From positions 1-35,886 of the forward strand of contig JAGVZV010000008.1 of assembly GCA_018302265.1 (NCBI GenBank): a DNA stretch of 35,886 nucleotides, written 5' to 3'. Made by a program: the position numbers and the translations under genes. Shown piece after piece: positions 1-10,009 of this stretch; position 1 is the first letter of the stretch; every line of letters begins with the position of its first letter. The notes under the pieces were generated by a model. It did no database searches. It was not told the DNA's origin and worked only from the letters and a program-made list of their open reading frames with translations. This DNA comes from Candidatus Woesearchaeota archaeon (GTDB lineage Archaea > Nanobdellota > Nanobdellia > SCGC-AAA011-G17 > JAFCDX01).

Positions 1-2
1 CA

Positions 3-122
3 ATTGAAGAATGGAAAGGTGATGACGCACATCTAGAAATTGAGGTTAATGGGAATGGAATTGGGTATGCAACTATATTCAGATTCTGTTATACAGACGA
101 AAATGGGATTTGTTTGATATGA
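3..122 (+). CDS. 3' end of a hypothetical gene cut by the window edge (IEEWKGDD...ENGICLI*)
   Basis: Frame open from base 3 to TGA at 120-122, which overlaps the ATG at 119 of the next gene (ATGA coupling). Confidence 0.55.
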   Translation: MEEWKGDDAHLEIEVNGNGIGYATIFRFCYTDENGICLI

Positions 123-1867
123 AAAAATATATAAATGATAAATCCGTTAAAAAACTAATGAAAAAGAGGATTTATGATAGTAGTATAACTAAAACATTAG
201 TAATACTAATAGCCTTATTCGCACTATTTTTTATTTCTGCTGGTTGTGGAGAGCTTAGTTTTTCAGCAGGACCTTCTTACCCCAAATGCTGCGTTATTAA
301 TGGTCCAAGCAACCCTATTGGTTGCGTCCAGGGTTCAGTAGTAGACAATAGTGCATCTACATGCACGGATTATTTTTATCAATACGGAAATATAGAATTT
401 ATAGAAGGAAATTGCAATGACCTTCCTGAATGTTCTGGATTGCAAAACTGCGTTGGTGTTTATAATGAAAATGAAGTGAATAATCCTTATTTTTTATCAA
501 ATCAGGAATATAGTTGTGGCATTTATGGAACAGGTACAGAAGGTAATTTGTATCAGTGCATCAATGGGGTTGTAAATAATATACAAGATTGTTTTGCTTC
601 TGGAAAAACTTGTGATAATACAACCAACTCATGTATTTCTACAGGTCCTTTATGTGAGCCTGCTGGAGGATATAACTGTGTAGGAGATGTGTCTAATGCT
701 TGTGATCCATATATAGGATGGATTGTAGTTGAAGATTGCTCAATAACTGGAAAAGTTTGTGATGTAACAACAGGGCAGTGTATAGCAGCGATGCCTCCTA
801 CTCTTAGAGTTGAAGATGTATCCACTGGAACAGGTCATAGTTGCGCACTTTTATCCAATGATAAAGTTAAATGTTGGGGTAGAAATAGTTACGGACAGTT
901 GGGTGATGGGAGTACAACTAATAATTATGTTCCAATTTACACATTGATTGATAATGTAACTCAAATAAATGCGGGAAGTGTACATACTTGTGCTGTTTTG
1001 GGTGATGGAAGTGCAAAATGTTGGGGGAATAATGTTAATGGTAAATTGGGTGATGGAAGTGCAACAAATAGCCCTACTCCAGTTCTAGTTTCTGGTATTA
1101 ATAATGCGATAAAAATAGATGCTGGTATATCTCATAGTTGTGTTGTATTAAATGATAGTCGTGTTAAATGCTGGGGTGTAAATACATATGGCCAGTTGGG
1201 TGATGGGAGTACAACAAATAGACCTACTCCAGTTCTAGTTTCTGGTATTAATAATGCGATGGATATAAGTGTAAGCGGATCAAGTACCTGTGCCCTTTTG
1301 AATGATAGTACAGTTAAATGTTGGGGTAGTAATGGATATGGACAGTTGGGTGATGGAAGTGCAACAAATAGCCCTACTCCAGTTCTAGTTTCTGGTATTA
1401 ATAATGCGATAAAAGTTAGTACTGGAAGAAGGACTACATGCGCTGTTTTGAGTGATGGTAGTGCTAAGTGCTGGGGTGGTAATGGGAGAGGAGAAATAGG
1501 AGATGGTACTACAACAAATAGACCTACTCCAGTTCTAGTTTCTGGTATTAATAATTCTGTGAGTCTAAGTTCTAGTCTTGGTCTAGATAATGATTGGGGT
1601 CATACTTGTGCTGTTTTGAGTGATGGTAGTGCTAAGTGCTGGGGTGATAATGGATATGGTATGCTTGGGGATGGAACAACAGTAGAGAGCCATATTCCTG
1701 TTAATGTAATCGATGTTAATAATGTTATAAATATAAGTGCAACTGCGGCAGACCACACTTGCGCGGTTTTGGGTGGCAGTGTTAAATGTTGGGGTAGAAA
1801 TAGTTACGGACAGTTGGGTGATGGGAGTACAACTAATAGTTATACTCCTGTTGATGTTTTAATATAA
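119..1867 (+). CDS. Secreted or lipid-anchored protein with a Cys-rich region and about 7 RCC1/BLIP-II repeats
   Basis: Hydrophobic N-terminal segment ending ISAGC; repeated HTCAVLxDGxxKCWGxNxxGQLGDG motifs; start placed at ATG 119 (ATGA overlap) rather than TTG 110. Confidence 0.85.
   Translation: MKKYINDKSVKKLMKKRIYDSSITKTLVILIALFALFFISAGCGELSFSAGPSYPKCCVINGPSNPIGCVQGSVVDNSASTCTDYFYQYGNIEFIEGNCNDLPECSGLQNCVGVYNENEVNNPYFLSNQEYSCGIYGTGTEGNLYQCINGVVNNIQDCFASGKTCDNTTNSCISTGPLCEPAGGYNCVGDVSNACDPYIGWIVVEDCSITGKVCDVTTGQCIAAMPPTLRVEDVSTGTGHSCALLSNDKVKCWGRNSYGQLGDGSTTNNYVPIYTLIDNVTQINAGSVHTCAVLGDGSAKCWGNNVNGKLGDGSATNSPTPVLVSGINNAIKIDAGISHSCVVLNDSRVKCWGVNTYGQLGDGSTTNRPTPVLVSGINNAMDISVSGSSTCALLNDSTVKCWGSNGYGQLGDGSATNSPTPVLVSGINNAIKVSTGRRTTCAVLSDGSAKCWGGNGRGEIGDGTTTNRPTPVLVSGINNSVSLSSSLGLDNDWGHTCAVLSDGSAKCWGDNGYGMLGDGTTVESHIPVNVIDVNNVINISATAADHTCAVLGGSVKCWGRNSYGQLGDGSTTNSYTPVDVLI
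1073..1555 (+). repeat. Four identical 33-bp blocks at an exact 150-bp period inside the RCC1 gene
   Basis: cctactccagttctagtttctggtattaataat at 1073, 1223, 1373 and 1523; also a 58-bp identity between 866-923 and 1781-1838. Confidence 0.9.
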
Positions 1868-1870
1868 TTT

Positions 1871-3226
1871 TTATTTTCCACAATATCCACGATTTATATA
1901 AGAAGAAGAATTTGCGGGATTTGTAAGATTACAGGGGATTATATGCATTAGATTGTTACAAACATTGCCAACAAAAATATCATAAGTGTCCGCCTGAATT
2001 CCTGTTGCTTCTCTGACTGCCGTATCCAAATCGCATTTGATCTTTCCATTTGGAATTGGTAAAGTAGGTTTGTAGTTTCCAGAGTAATAAGTCTCTCTAA
2101 GTTTTGAAAAAAATAGTTTGATGTCTTGAATGTCAAATCCATAAGAAGTATACAGATCATTCAAAAGACCATAATCCCATACAGACATCCATGTTACCCT
2201 TGGCAAATCTCCGAATGAATTGATTTCAGTAAATCCACTATCATTAGATAATGCAACCCCAATTGGAAGTGCAAAGAGTTCCTGTAGATTTGTTGTCATA
2301 TGGCTTCTCAAGACAATATGATGAAGCTCGTGCATTTCTATTCCATTTGCTTCAATACTTTTAGAATTGTGATATTGCGAAGGGTTGATGCAAGATTTAG
2401 GATATGAAAGATCTATGCAGTTACTAGCATTTAAGACCCCTCCTTTTTGTATCCAATCATATAAGTAATCACATACAATCTTCCCATTAACTGTGTTTCC
2501 AAGATAAGTGTCCTGAAGTGTGCATACTGAATCGTGATTTAAATGAAATTCTATTTTATCAATTTCATCAAGAGGACCAATTCCCATTGTTGTAAAAGTT
2601 TTACTTGAAGCATTTTGTAATCCTTCTGCTCTTTTCTCCAAAATTTTATTATTGTCTAAGTAAACTCTTGGAGTGAATCCTGTTTGAGCCAGTAAAACTC
2701 CTGTTGTAACATTCTCTGCACCTTCCGCATCTGTGTAAATAATTGGAAATTCTTGTATATGATCGTAAAGATTGCAAACAATATCCCCAAGAGTATCAGT
2801 CCTGCAATACTCCCCTGGTTCTGTTGTTATATTAAATTTTTGATAATCATAATCCTCTCCATCTTCGCATCTTACAACAACATAATCAAAACCTACATCT
2901 TGATTGCTAACATGTATAGGCACACCCCATAATTCATTATCTTGAGTAATATCCAACCAAGATGGCGCTTCCACAAAAGTGCATGGAACGACTTTATTAA
3001 AAAGATTGTATGAATAGTCTTTATTAGTCTCTAATTTGTAAGAATAAGTCTTATTAACAACAGCATTACGTACAGGACTTGACAATATTTCTATTGGAAT
3101 TTCTTTTCTTTTAGAGCAATGAGGGTAGCACTCAACATCGTTACTTGGCTGTACCCCACATCCGATTCCTACAGCACCTGCTATTAAAATAGTACATAGT
3201 GTCTTTTTTAGGCTAGAAAATGCCAT
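1871..3226 (-). CDS. Putative lipoprotein with an Ig-like domain and an HExxH metallopeptidase-like motif
   Basis: Signal peptide with lipobox-like VGIGC; APSWLDI..ELWGVP Ig-like segment; MHELHH motif. Confidence 0.6.
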   Translation of the reverse strand: MAFSSLKKTLCTILIAGAVGIGCGVQPSNDVECYPHCSKRKEIPIEILSSPVRNAVVNKTYSYKLETNKDYSYNLFNKVVPCTFVEAPSWLDITQDNELWGVPIHVSNQDVGFDYVVVRCEDGEDYDYQKFNITTEPGEYCRTDTLGDIVCNLYDHIQEFPIIYTDAEGAENVTTGVLLAQTGFTPRVYLDNNKILEKRAEGLQNASSKTFTTMGIGPLDEIDKIEFHLNHDSVCTLQDTYLGNTVNGKIVCDYLYDWIQKGGVLNASNCIDLSYPKSCINPSQYHNSKSIEANGIEMHELHHIVLRSHMTTNLQELFALPIGVALSNDSGFTEINSFGDLPRVTWMSVWDYGLLNDLYTSYGFDIQDIKLFFSKLRETYYSGNYKPTLPIPNGKIKCDLDTAVREATGIQADTYDIFVGNVCNNLMHIIPCNLTNPANSSSYINRGYCGK

Positions 3227-3369
3227 TTTTTCACTACCTGATTATAGTGAAATTTATTTATAAACCTTTCTAATCGACAAAAAACTCTATAAAATGAGTT
3301 TAAATGGAATCCATTTATTAAATTGAAAAGTTTTATAAGCAAGTTATAGGTTAATCTGAACACAAAAAA

Positions 3370-3984
3370 ATGAATTTCGTTCCAAAAGAAGTTTTTTTTA
3401 CTAAAGGGGTAGGAAAGCACAAAAATAAACTGCAATCCTTCGAGGAAGCATTGAGAGATGCAGGTATAGAAAAGTGTAATTTAGTAACAGTTTCTAGCAT
3501 TTTTCCGCCAAAGTGCAAGATGATTTCAAGAGAGGAGGGATTAAAAAAATTAAATGCAGGACAGATTACTTTTTGTGTAATGGCAAGAAACGAAACTAAT
3601 GAACCAAACAGGCTAATTTCTTCTGCGATAGGATTAGCAATTCCATCAGAAAGAGAGGAACAGTACGGATATTTATCAGAACATCATGGATTCGGTGAAA
3701 CTGGAGAGAAAACAGGGGATTATGCTGAAGATCTTGCAGCAACGATGCTAGCGACCACTCTAGGTGTAGAATTCAACGCTGACACCTCTTGGGATGAAAG
3801 AGAGCAGGCTTATAAGTCCAGTGGGAAGATTTTTAAAACCAAGAGTACATGCCAATCTGCTGAGGGTGATAAAGAAGGGAAGTGGACAACAGTTATTGCA
3901 GTTGCTGTTTTTATAATGGATGAAAATGGAACCAATCAAACCAATCAAAATAACCAAGGAAATGAAAGTAAAGGATCTAGTTAA
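3370..3984 (+). CDS. pdaD: Pyruvoyl-dependent arginine decarboxylase
   Basis: [25 protein letters not shown] self-cleavage motif; YGYLSEHH. Confidence 0.93.
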   Translation: MNFVPKEVFFTKGVGKHKNKLQSFEEALRDAGIEKCNLVTVSSIFPPKCKMISREEGLKKLNAGQITFCVMARNETNEPNRLISSAIGLAIPSEREEQYGYLSEHHGFGETGEKTGDYAEDLAATMLATTLGVEFNADTSWDEREQAYKSSGKIFKTKSTCQSAEGDKEGKWTTVIAVAVFIMDENGTNQTNQNNQGNESKGSS

Positions 3985-4828
3985 TTCTATGTCTGATTGC
4001 GGTTTTAATGCTAATAAAATCTCAAAGGCTATTGAAATTCTAAAAGAGGTAAAAAAAGAAGATTGTAAATTATTCTTTGGTCTGGCTGGGGCAATGGTGC
4101 CTGCAGGTATGAAAAATATTATTGTTGACATGATCAATAAAAATTTAATCAGTGTTTTTGTTACAACTGGAGCAAATATAACCCATGATCTGATTGAAGC
4201 ATTAGGAAATAAGCATTACAAGGGAAATGCAAATATTAATGACGCTGAATTGCATAAGAAAAAGATTGACAGGATTTATGATGTTTTCATGGAATCTAAA
4301 GTCTATCAGGATTTAGAGGATTTCTTCAATAAGAATTTTGACGCACTAAAAGATAAAACAACAATAAAAGAATTTTTATGGGGGATTGGTAAATTAATCA
4401 ATAAAGAGGATTCTATACTGACTGCTTGCTATAAGAAAAAAATACCCATATTCTGCCCTGCTTTAAGCGATTCAGGGATAGGATTGATGATATGGAATAA
4501 TCTAGTTAAAAATAAAAAAATAAATTTTAGTGAGTTTGAGGATCTAAAAGAGATGCTTGACATTGCATGGACAGAAAAGAAAAAAGCTGTTTTTTACGTA
4601 GGTGGCGGTGTTCCAAAAAATTATATACAGCAGGCGATGCAGTTTTCAACTCCAGCATTATATGGAATACAGATAACAACAGATAATGCTTCATTTGGTG
4701 GAAGTTCTGGAGCTCCATTGAAAGAAGGGATTTCATGGGGCAAAATGAGCGAGAAGGGAAAATTTGTTAATATTTATTGCGATGCAACTATTGCATTGCC
4801 TTTAATATATGCAGGATTTAAAGAATAA
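3920..4828 (+). CDS. dys: Deoxyhypusine synthase
   Basis: [34 protein letters not shown] and [15 protein letters not shown] motifs. Confidence 0.93.
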   Translation: MKMEPIKPIKITKEMKVKDLVNSMSDCGFNANKISKAIEILKEVKKEDCKLFFGLAGAMVPAGMKNIIVDMINKNLISVFVTTGANITHDLIEALGNKHYKGNANINDAELHKKKIDRIYDVFMESKVYQDLEDFFNKNFDALKDKTTIKEFLWGIGKLINKEDSILTACYKKKIPIFCPALSDSGIGLMIWNNLVKNKKINFSEFEDLKEMLDIAWTEKKKAVFYVGGGVPKNYIQQAMQFSTPALYGIQITTDNASFGGSSGAPLKEGISWGKMSEKGKFVNIYCDATIALPLIYAGFKE

Positions 4829-5153
4829 TTACCTTACATAGGTGATATCTAGAATAATTCCTTAAATTAAAATCAATATCCCCATCTTCATCAATCTCTT
4901 GTAAGCCATCTAACCTCCCAAAACACAAAAAATCACCTCCTTTTTTTATTTTAGGTATAAGAAATCTTTCTAGACCGGAAACCTGCTCAACCCAACCCCC
5001 GTTTATTCTTATATCCCCATCCATTTTAAGAACATCGTGTTCTTTAAGATCCAAATAACCAATTATTTTATATCTTAAGATTCCATCTTTAATGAAATAC
5101 TCATCATCCACCACTTTATGCTCTTCTTTTCCGTCTAAAGAAACCAATTTCAT
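4818..5153 (-). CDS. Hypothetical protein
   Basis: 111-aa ORF with ATG start; no recognised motif. Confidence 0.5.
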   Translation of the reverse strand: MKLVSLDGKEEHKVVDDEYFIKDGILRYKIIGYLDLKEHDVLKMDGDIRINGGWVEQVSGLERFLIPKIKKGGDFLCFGRLDGLQEIDEDGDIDFNLRNYSRYHLCKVIIL

Positions 5154-5225
5154 TTTTTAATGAAAAATAACCGGGTTTTTATTCTTTGTTGTAATCCATT
5201 ATGGGTATTAGAATTGTTGTTTTAA

Positions 5226-5324
5226 TCAGACATAATAATACTCACCTTTATTCCTCTGTTCTCTATCTAATTGTGATCTGGGCTTGTTTATTCTTGGCCT
5301 GTTTGTTTCTTTATCTTTTCTAAA
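5226..5324 (-). pseudogene. Displaced original 3' end of the ABCE1/RLI gene ([32 protein letters not shown])
   Basis: 32 codons, no start codon, 16/32 identical and colinear with the last 32 aa of 6958..8724. Confidence 0.9.
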
Positions 5325-7056
5325 TTAGTAAAATTTACATAGTCTAATGTATTATTACAAACATGAGATATTACGAAGACCCTTTATTAAATTCTAAAAG
5401 ATATACCTTATATGATGGGGTTCTGAATCTATATTCTGCTCTGTTGAATAAAAAAGATTTTGAATCTGATAGAATACTTAATAATTTTCCTTATGTAGTT
5501 ATAGACAATATAGAATTGAATCAACAACTTATAGACTCATTAAAAAAGTATATTGGATGTAATATTAGTAAGGGAGCAATAAAAGGATGGGTATTAAATA
5601 GCAAATTTCCTTTGCCTCTTTTAAGAGTCATTTCTTTAAAGGCACCTAACCCAGAAAAAATTCTTTCTAATTTAATTAAAAGTATAAAATCAGTTACAAG
5701 TAATTTTGGAAATACTATAAAATTGTCTATTAAATATTCTGATTTGTTAATGAATAAACATATTTATTTCCACGGTTATTTATTAGGTGATGGTTGCATA
5801 TCTGATGACCTAATTAAATTAGCTGATGGACATCAAGATAAGTCTAAGATTCATTATTCAAAGCAACATATTGGTATGTTTAAAAAATATCTTAAGATAT
5901 GTTATAATTTGAATTCTAAAATTAAGCGAGTTGGTAATTGTTATCATCTAATAGCTTCAAGAAATAAATTTTTATCTAGGTATATTAAATTTTTTTATGG
6001 TTATGATAAAGACAAAGAAATAATTAGAGTTCCAGATATTATTAAAGATGATAGAGAAAAAATAAAGATATTTTTAAGAGGATTTTTTGATGCCGATGCA
6101 GGAATTAGTGAATTGTATAATTCAGTTATTTTAAAATCCAAGGATCACAATTTTTTAAAGTTTTGTAAGCTTTTTTTGGAAAAAGAAGGATTATTTTTGG
6201 ATAATGTTAAATTTGACTCTACTGGCGTATCATACATTACTATAAAATCTACAGAGTTTTTAAAATATGCGTATACAATTGGTTTTAATCATTCTCGCAA
6301 AAAAGAAATTTTATTGAATAGACTTAAGAAAAATTGTCCATTAAATGTATTTCGTGGGGTAAGAAAAAAATATTTGATAGATAGTTTGTATTTTGATTTT
6401 ACTATAATTCCAGATATGAGATTAACAGGACTACAAGATTTTTTTAAGAATATGAGATGTGATATTGGCACCCAAGAGGAAGTTTCTAAACTATTAAAAA
6501 TTCCCAGGAGATATGTAGGAAAATATGAAAATGGATTGTACTCTATTCCGATTGATATTTTTCTAAATTTAATCCAGATTAAAAATAAAATAAGGCTAGC
6601 AGATATATTTTCTAAAAATGACGTTAAATTTTGTATAAGCAAAAATAAAGGAGCTATAAAATTGCCATTATCAATAAATGATATAAATTTTGATATTTTA
6701 AAATATATGGCACCTACTCAGCATAAGATAATTATAAAGCGTTATGGTATTATTAATATAACTAATAAAATAAACAAAGAAATACTCTTTAAAAGAATAG
6801 AAGATTTCTTTGGTGTTAAAATTGTTAAAGATTCAGACTCTCACGTTATATTTAACACTACATTGGCTAGATTTTTGAATACATTTTTTGTATATGAATC
6901 TGCTTGGAAAGGGTTAAATGATAAAGAAAGAATTGATTTAGATAGAAAATTACAAATTCAGATGTAAAAATATTTGCCTTCCTTCTTTTGAATTCTATCT
7001 AATTGACTGTCTGTTTTATTTACTCTTCTTCTACCACTTTCACGATCAATTCTATA
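5325..7056. mobile_element. Homing-endonuclease insertion in ABCE1 carrying a replacement 3' end
   Basis: Bounded by the duplicated ABCE1 C-terminus (5226-5324 vs 6958-7056); contains an antisense LAGLIDADG gene. Confidence 0.8.
5363..6967 (+). CDS. Free-standing double-motif LAGLIDADG homing endonuclease with an XRE-like HTH
   Basis: YFHGYLLGDGCI and FLRGFFDADAGI motifs; TQEEVSKLLKIPRRYVGKYENG HTH; no Hint termini. Confidence 0.85.
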   Translation: MRYYEDPLLNSKRYTLYDGVLNLYSALLNKKDFESDRILNNFPYVVIDNIELNQQLIDSLKKYIGCNISKGAIKGWVLNSKFPLPLLRVISLKAPNPEKILSNLIKSIKSVTSNFGNTIKLSIKYSDLLMNKHIYFHGYLLGDGCISDDLIKLADGHQDKSKIHYSKQHIGMFKKYLKICYNLNSKIKRVGNCYHLIASRNKFLSRYIKFFYGYDKDKEIIRVPDIIKDDREKIKIFLRGFFDADAGISELYNSVILKSKDHNFLKFCKLFLEKEGLFLDNVKFDSTGVSYITIKSTEFLKYAYTIGFNHSRKKEILLNRLKKNCPLNVFRGVRKKYLIDSLYFDFTIIPDMRLTGLQDFFKNMRCDIGTQEEVSKLLKIPRRYVGKYENGLYSIPIDIFLNLIQIKNKIRLADIFSKNDVKFCISKNKGAIKLPLSINDINFDILKYMAPTQHKIIIKRYGIINITNKINKEILFKRIEDFFGVKIVKDSDSHVIFNTTLARFLNTFFVYESAWKGLNDKERIDLDRKLQIQM

Positions 7057-8724
7057 TGTAATATCAAGCATCTTTAGAGCAGCATTCATTCCCTCTTTTT
7101 TATTTAATACAGAACTGACATTTCCTTTTATTCCAGGAATTCCCTCAAAAATAAGCATTGTATCAGCCAGATGATCGATGAATTGGATATCATGATCAAC
7201 TACTATAGCTGAAATTTCTTTCCTGGAAACAAATTCTTTTATTACCTCAGCAACATTTAATCTGTCTTCAACATCTATAAAAGCGCTTGGTTCGTCCATT
7301 AAAACCAATTGGGTATCCCCTGATAGATTAGCAGCAATATGCACTTTCTGCAATTCACCGCCAGACAAATCTTTTAGAGTATTATTCAAAATTGATTGTA
7401 TATTCAACTTTTCAAGGATATTCTGCTTGTACCAACCCGAAGAAAACTCAGAACCTGCCTTTTCTTTTAAGAAGTCAATTACTTTTTTGTCAGGATTATC
7501 CAAAACCTGTTTTTTATATGAGATATTTTTTATTTTTATTTCATTTTTATCTGATTCCAGATTACCTGAAACTAAATTAAGGAAAGTAGTTTTTCCAAGA
7601 CCGTTAGCACCGATTATGCACAAGACTTCTCCCTTATGCAGTTTTAAAGGACTGACGTTTAATGAAAAAGAATCAAATTTCTTTCCCAGTTCAGGAATTT
7701 CATATAAAACCTCGTTGCTGTATGTTCTTATTAAGTTAGAATCGGCAAACTTTATCGGATAATCTCTGAATCTTATGTTCTCTGAATCTAAAAATCCAGA
7801 TAAGTACTCGTTAATCCCACGCCTGACTGATTTTGACTGGGAAAATATACCATAACAAGTAGGCTCACCATAAACAATCTGTATTTCATCAGATATGTAA
7901 TCCAAAGTTGCAAGATCGTGCTCTATAACAACAACCCCTGCATTTTCATTCTCAACTATATCACGGATAACCTTTGCTATTTTGATTCTGTACGTAATAT
8001 CCAAAAAAGAGCTTGGCTCATCAAAATAATAAAAATCAGCTTTACGGATAGCTGCAGCGATTATAGCTACTCTTTGTAACTCACCACCGGATAGATGGAC
8101 AAAGTCTCGATCTTTTATACTTTCTATATCCAATTCCTTCATTAATTTATCCAGAATTTTACGCTCGTCAATTTTTTTAAGTAAGTCTATTACTTTTCCT
8201 TTATATAATTCCGGCAACAGCTCTATTCTTTGTGGTTTGTACGATAATTTTATTTTATTGTCAAGCAATTTAGTAAAATAATCGGCTATCCAATTTGTAG
8301 AATACCTTTGTATTATTTCTCTGTCTTGGGGAGGATTTTTATAATCCCCTAAATTGGGTTTTAAATTTCCAGCAAGTATAGAAAGTGCAGTTGATTTACC
8401 AATGCCATTCCTTCCTATGACACCAACTACTGTTTTCTTCTTTACAATGGGCAGTGAAAACAATTCAAATGAATTTTCTCCGTATCTATGAATAGGATCC
8501 TCTTTTAACTGCTCGGGCAGATTTAATACAGAAATTGCTGAATACGGACATTTATGGACACAAATCCCACAACCCGTGCATAGAATTTCATCTATTCTTG
8601 CCTTATCATTGATGTTTATAATGCAATTCTTTTCTTCTCTGTTGATAGGGCACACACTGGCGCAAAGGAAGTTACAGTTCTTCATAAAGCATTTCTCTTT
8701 CCTTACAATGGCTATTCTAGTCAT
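6958..8724 (-). CDS. rli: ABCE1/RLI ribosome recycling ATPase
   Basis: N-terminal Fe-S Cys motifs (CTGCGICVHKCP); two ABC domains (GRNGIGKS, GANGLGKT, LSGGELQ). Confidence 0.96.
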   Translation of the reverse strand: MTRIAIVRKEKCFMKNCNFLCASVCPINREEKNCIININDKARIDEILCTGCGICVHKCPYSAISVLNLPEQLKEDPIHRYGENSFELFSLPIVKKKTVVGVIGRNGIGKSTALSILAGNLKPNLGDYKNPPQDREIIQRYSTNWIADYFTKLLDNKIKLSYKPQRIELLPELYKGKVIDLLKKIDERKILDKLMKELDIESIKDRDFVHLSGGELQRVAIIAAAIRKADFYYFDEPSSFLDITYRIKIAKVIRDIVENENAGVVVIEHDLATLDYISDEIQIVYGEPTCYGIFSQSKSVRRGINEYLSGFLDSENIRFRDYPIKFADSNLIRTYSNEVLYEIPELGKKFDSFSLNVSPLKLHKGEVLCIIGANGLGKTTFLNLVSGNLESDKNEIKIKNISYKKQVLDNPDKKVIDFLKEKAGSEFSSGWYKQNILEKLNIQSILNNTLKDLSGGELQKVHIAANLSGDTQLVLMDEPSAFIDVEDRLNVAEVIKEFVSRKEISAIVVDHDIQFIDHLADTMLIFEGIPGIKGNVSSVLNKKEGMNAALKMLDITYRIDRESGRRRVNKTDSQLDRIQKKEGKYFYI

Positions 8725-8775
8725 TTTAAATTCCTGAACAATAATGTTTAAATACGTTTTTATTAATGGTCTTAC

Positions 8776-8904
8776 ATGGTAAAATGCTCAAAATGCGGTA
8801 AAAACATAGATATAGTGTTTCTTGAGAAGATTAGAGGAACTTATACTGGAAAAGGCAACAGAAAGAAAGCTATATGCTCAGAATGCCAGAAAACGCCACA
8901 GTAG
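8776..8904 (+). CDS. Small zinc-finger protein (MVKCSKCGKNI...AICSECQKTPQ), below the ORF-track cutoff
   Basis: Two CxxC pairs, 42 aa, AT-rich promoter-like sequence upstream; stop overlaps the tRNA 5' end. Confidence 0.7.
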   Translation: MVKCSKCGKNIDIVFLEKIRGTYTGKGNRKKAICSECQKTPQ

Positions 8905-8979
8905 TTCAGTCTGGTAGAATATCTGCTTCGTATGCATAGAAAAAGCAGAAAGTCGCAGGTTCAAATCCTGCCTGTGGCT
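8895..8979 (+). tRNA. tRNA-Thr(CGT) with an 11-nt intron at 37/38 (8933-8943)
   Basis: GCCACAG/CTGTGGC acceptor stem, TCTGC/GCAGA anticodon stem, GGTTCAAATCC T arm; relaxed BHB. Confidence 0.9.
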
Positions 8980-9386
8980 TTTAATTTGTCAATATTATCA
9001 ACAGAAATCCAGGCGCACATATTTCCATAACCTTTTTTGTCGATAGAGAATGGTTTTATTACTTCTACACCTTTCAAAAATATCAAAGTGCAATACTTCT
9101 TATACATTAATTCTGAAGCGTCATTATTGCTGATACAAATCTGTTTTCCATATTTTCTGATTATTTCTTCTATTTTGTTTTTATCGAGATTGTCAAAAAA
9201 CATTACATCACTAATGCCAGACTTAACGCCAACTTGTTTCCCTGTTTCCTTAAAGTAGATTGTATCCTTTTTGTTTATTGCCATAAATGGCGCTTTTTTA
9301 TGTTTGTACCATCTGGATTCAATTGTCTTTTCACCAGATAGAATTTTTCCTAACCAACCATTTTTGACAATAGCTAAATGCTCCAT
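8961..9386 (-). CDS. ASCH domain protein
   Basis: ILSGEKTIESR (GxKxxExR) motif followed by DTIYFK. Confidence 0.85.
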   Translation of the reverse strand: MEHLAIVKNGWLGKILSGEKTIESRWYKHKKAPFMAINKKDTIYFKETGKQVGVKSGISDVMFFDNLDKNKIEEIIRKYGKQICISNNDASELMYKKYCTLIFLKGVEVIKPFSIDKKGYGNMCAWISVDNIDKLKATGRI

Positions 9387-9387
9387 A

Positions 9388-9939
9388 CTAGATAAAAAGA
9401 AGCTTAAGCATTTTTAATATTAACTGTTCTATTATTTTTACTTTAATCTGTATCTTTTCTAGTACAGAATCCAGACTAGTTACTCTGGAACTTAAATCTA
9501 AACCCAGCACAATCTCTAATTCTGGGCTATATAAATTTTCATAGGACTCTATAGAAAATCCAAGCTTTTGCAGTGGTTTTATTACTTCGTTATCTGTATG
9601 AGCATCTACTACTATTTTCTTAAATCCATTTTGCCTTGCATAGTATATTGCTTCTTTTAAGAGCGTAGAAAAAACTTTTTTTCTTTGGTATTCTTCAATA
9701 ACCCTGACATTTTTTAATTCTAAAAGCAAGGGGTCCTGCTTGTGGGGTTGGAATATAAGACTAGCAATTATCTTACCATTTAATTCACATACATATGCTT
9801 TTTTATAGCCTAATTCTAATTCACACTTACATTTTTTTAACCATTCAGAATAGTTTGGATAGTTTAATGGATATTTTTTAATAAATTGGTATAATTCGTT
9901 TATCTCTTCAGGATCTGTAATTAACTTGATCTTACTCAT
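9388..9939 (-). CDS. GNAT family N-acetyltransferase
   Basis: VRVIEEYQRKKVFSTLL motif A; LQKLGFS motif B. Confidence 0.8.
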   Translation of the reverse strand: MSKIKLITDPEEINELYQFIKKYPLNYPNYSEWLKKCKCELELGYKKAYVCELNGKIIASLIFQPHKQDPLLLELKNVRVIEEYQRKKVFSTLLKEAIYYARQNGFKKIVVDAHTDNEVIKPLQKLGFSIESYENLYSPELEIVLGLDLSSRVTSLDSVLEKIQIKVKIIEQLILKMLKLLFI

Positions 9940-10009
9940 TCACCTATAATTTAAAACAAATTTAAAAAGATTTAGATATTTTTATATAGTATAACAAAAA
10001 GTAGGATTT

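Noticed and set aside
1073..1555. Regularly spaced 33-bp repeats as a CRISPR array
   Set aside because: The 150-bp period is in frame within RCC1 repeats, the spacers are mutually homologous, and there are no cas genes
5363..6967. Intein or BHB intron carrying the endonuclease
   Set aside because: The ORF is antisense to ABCE1, has no Hint termini, and I could not build a frame-restoring BHB at the junctions
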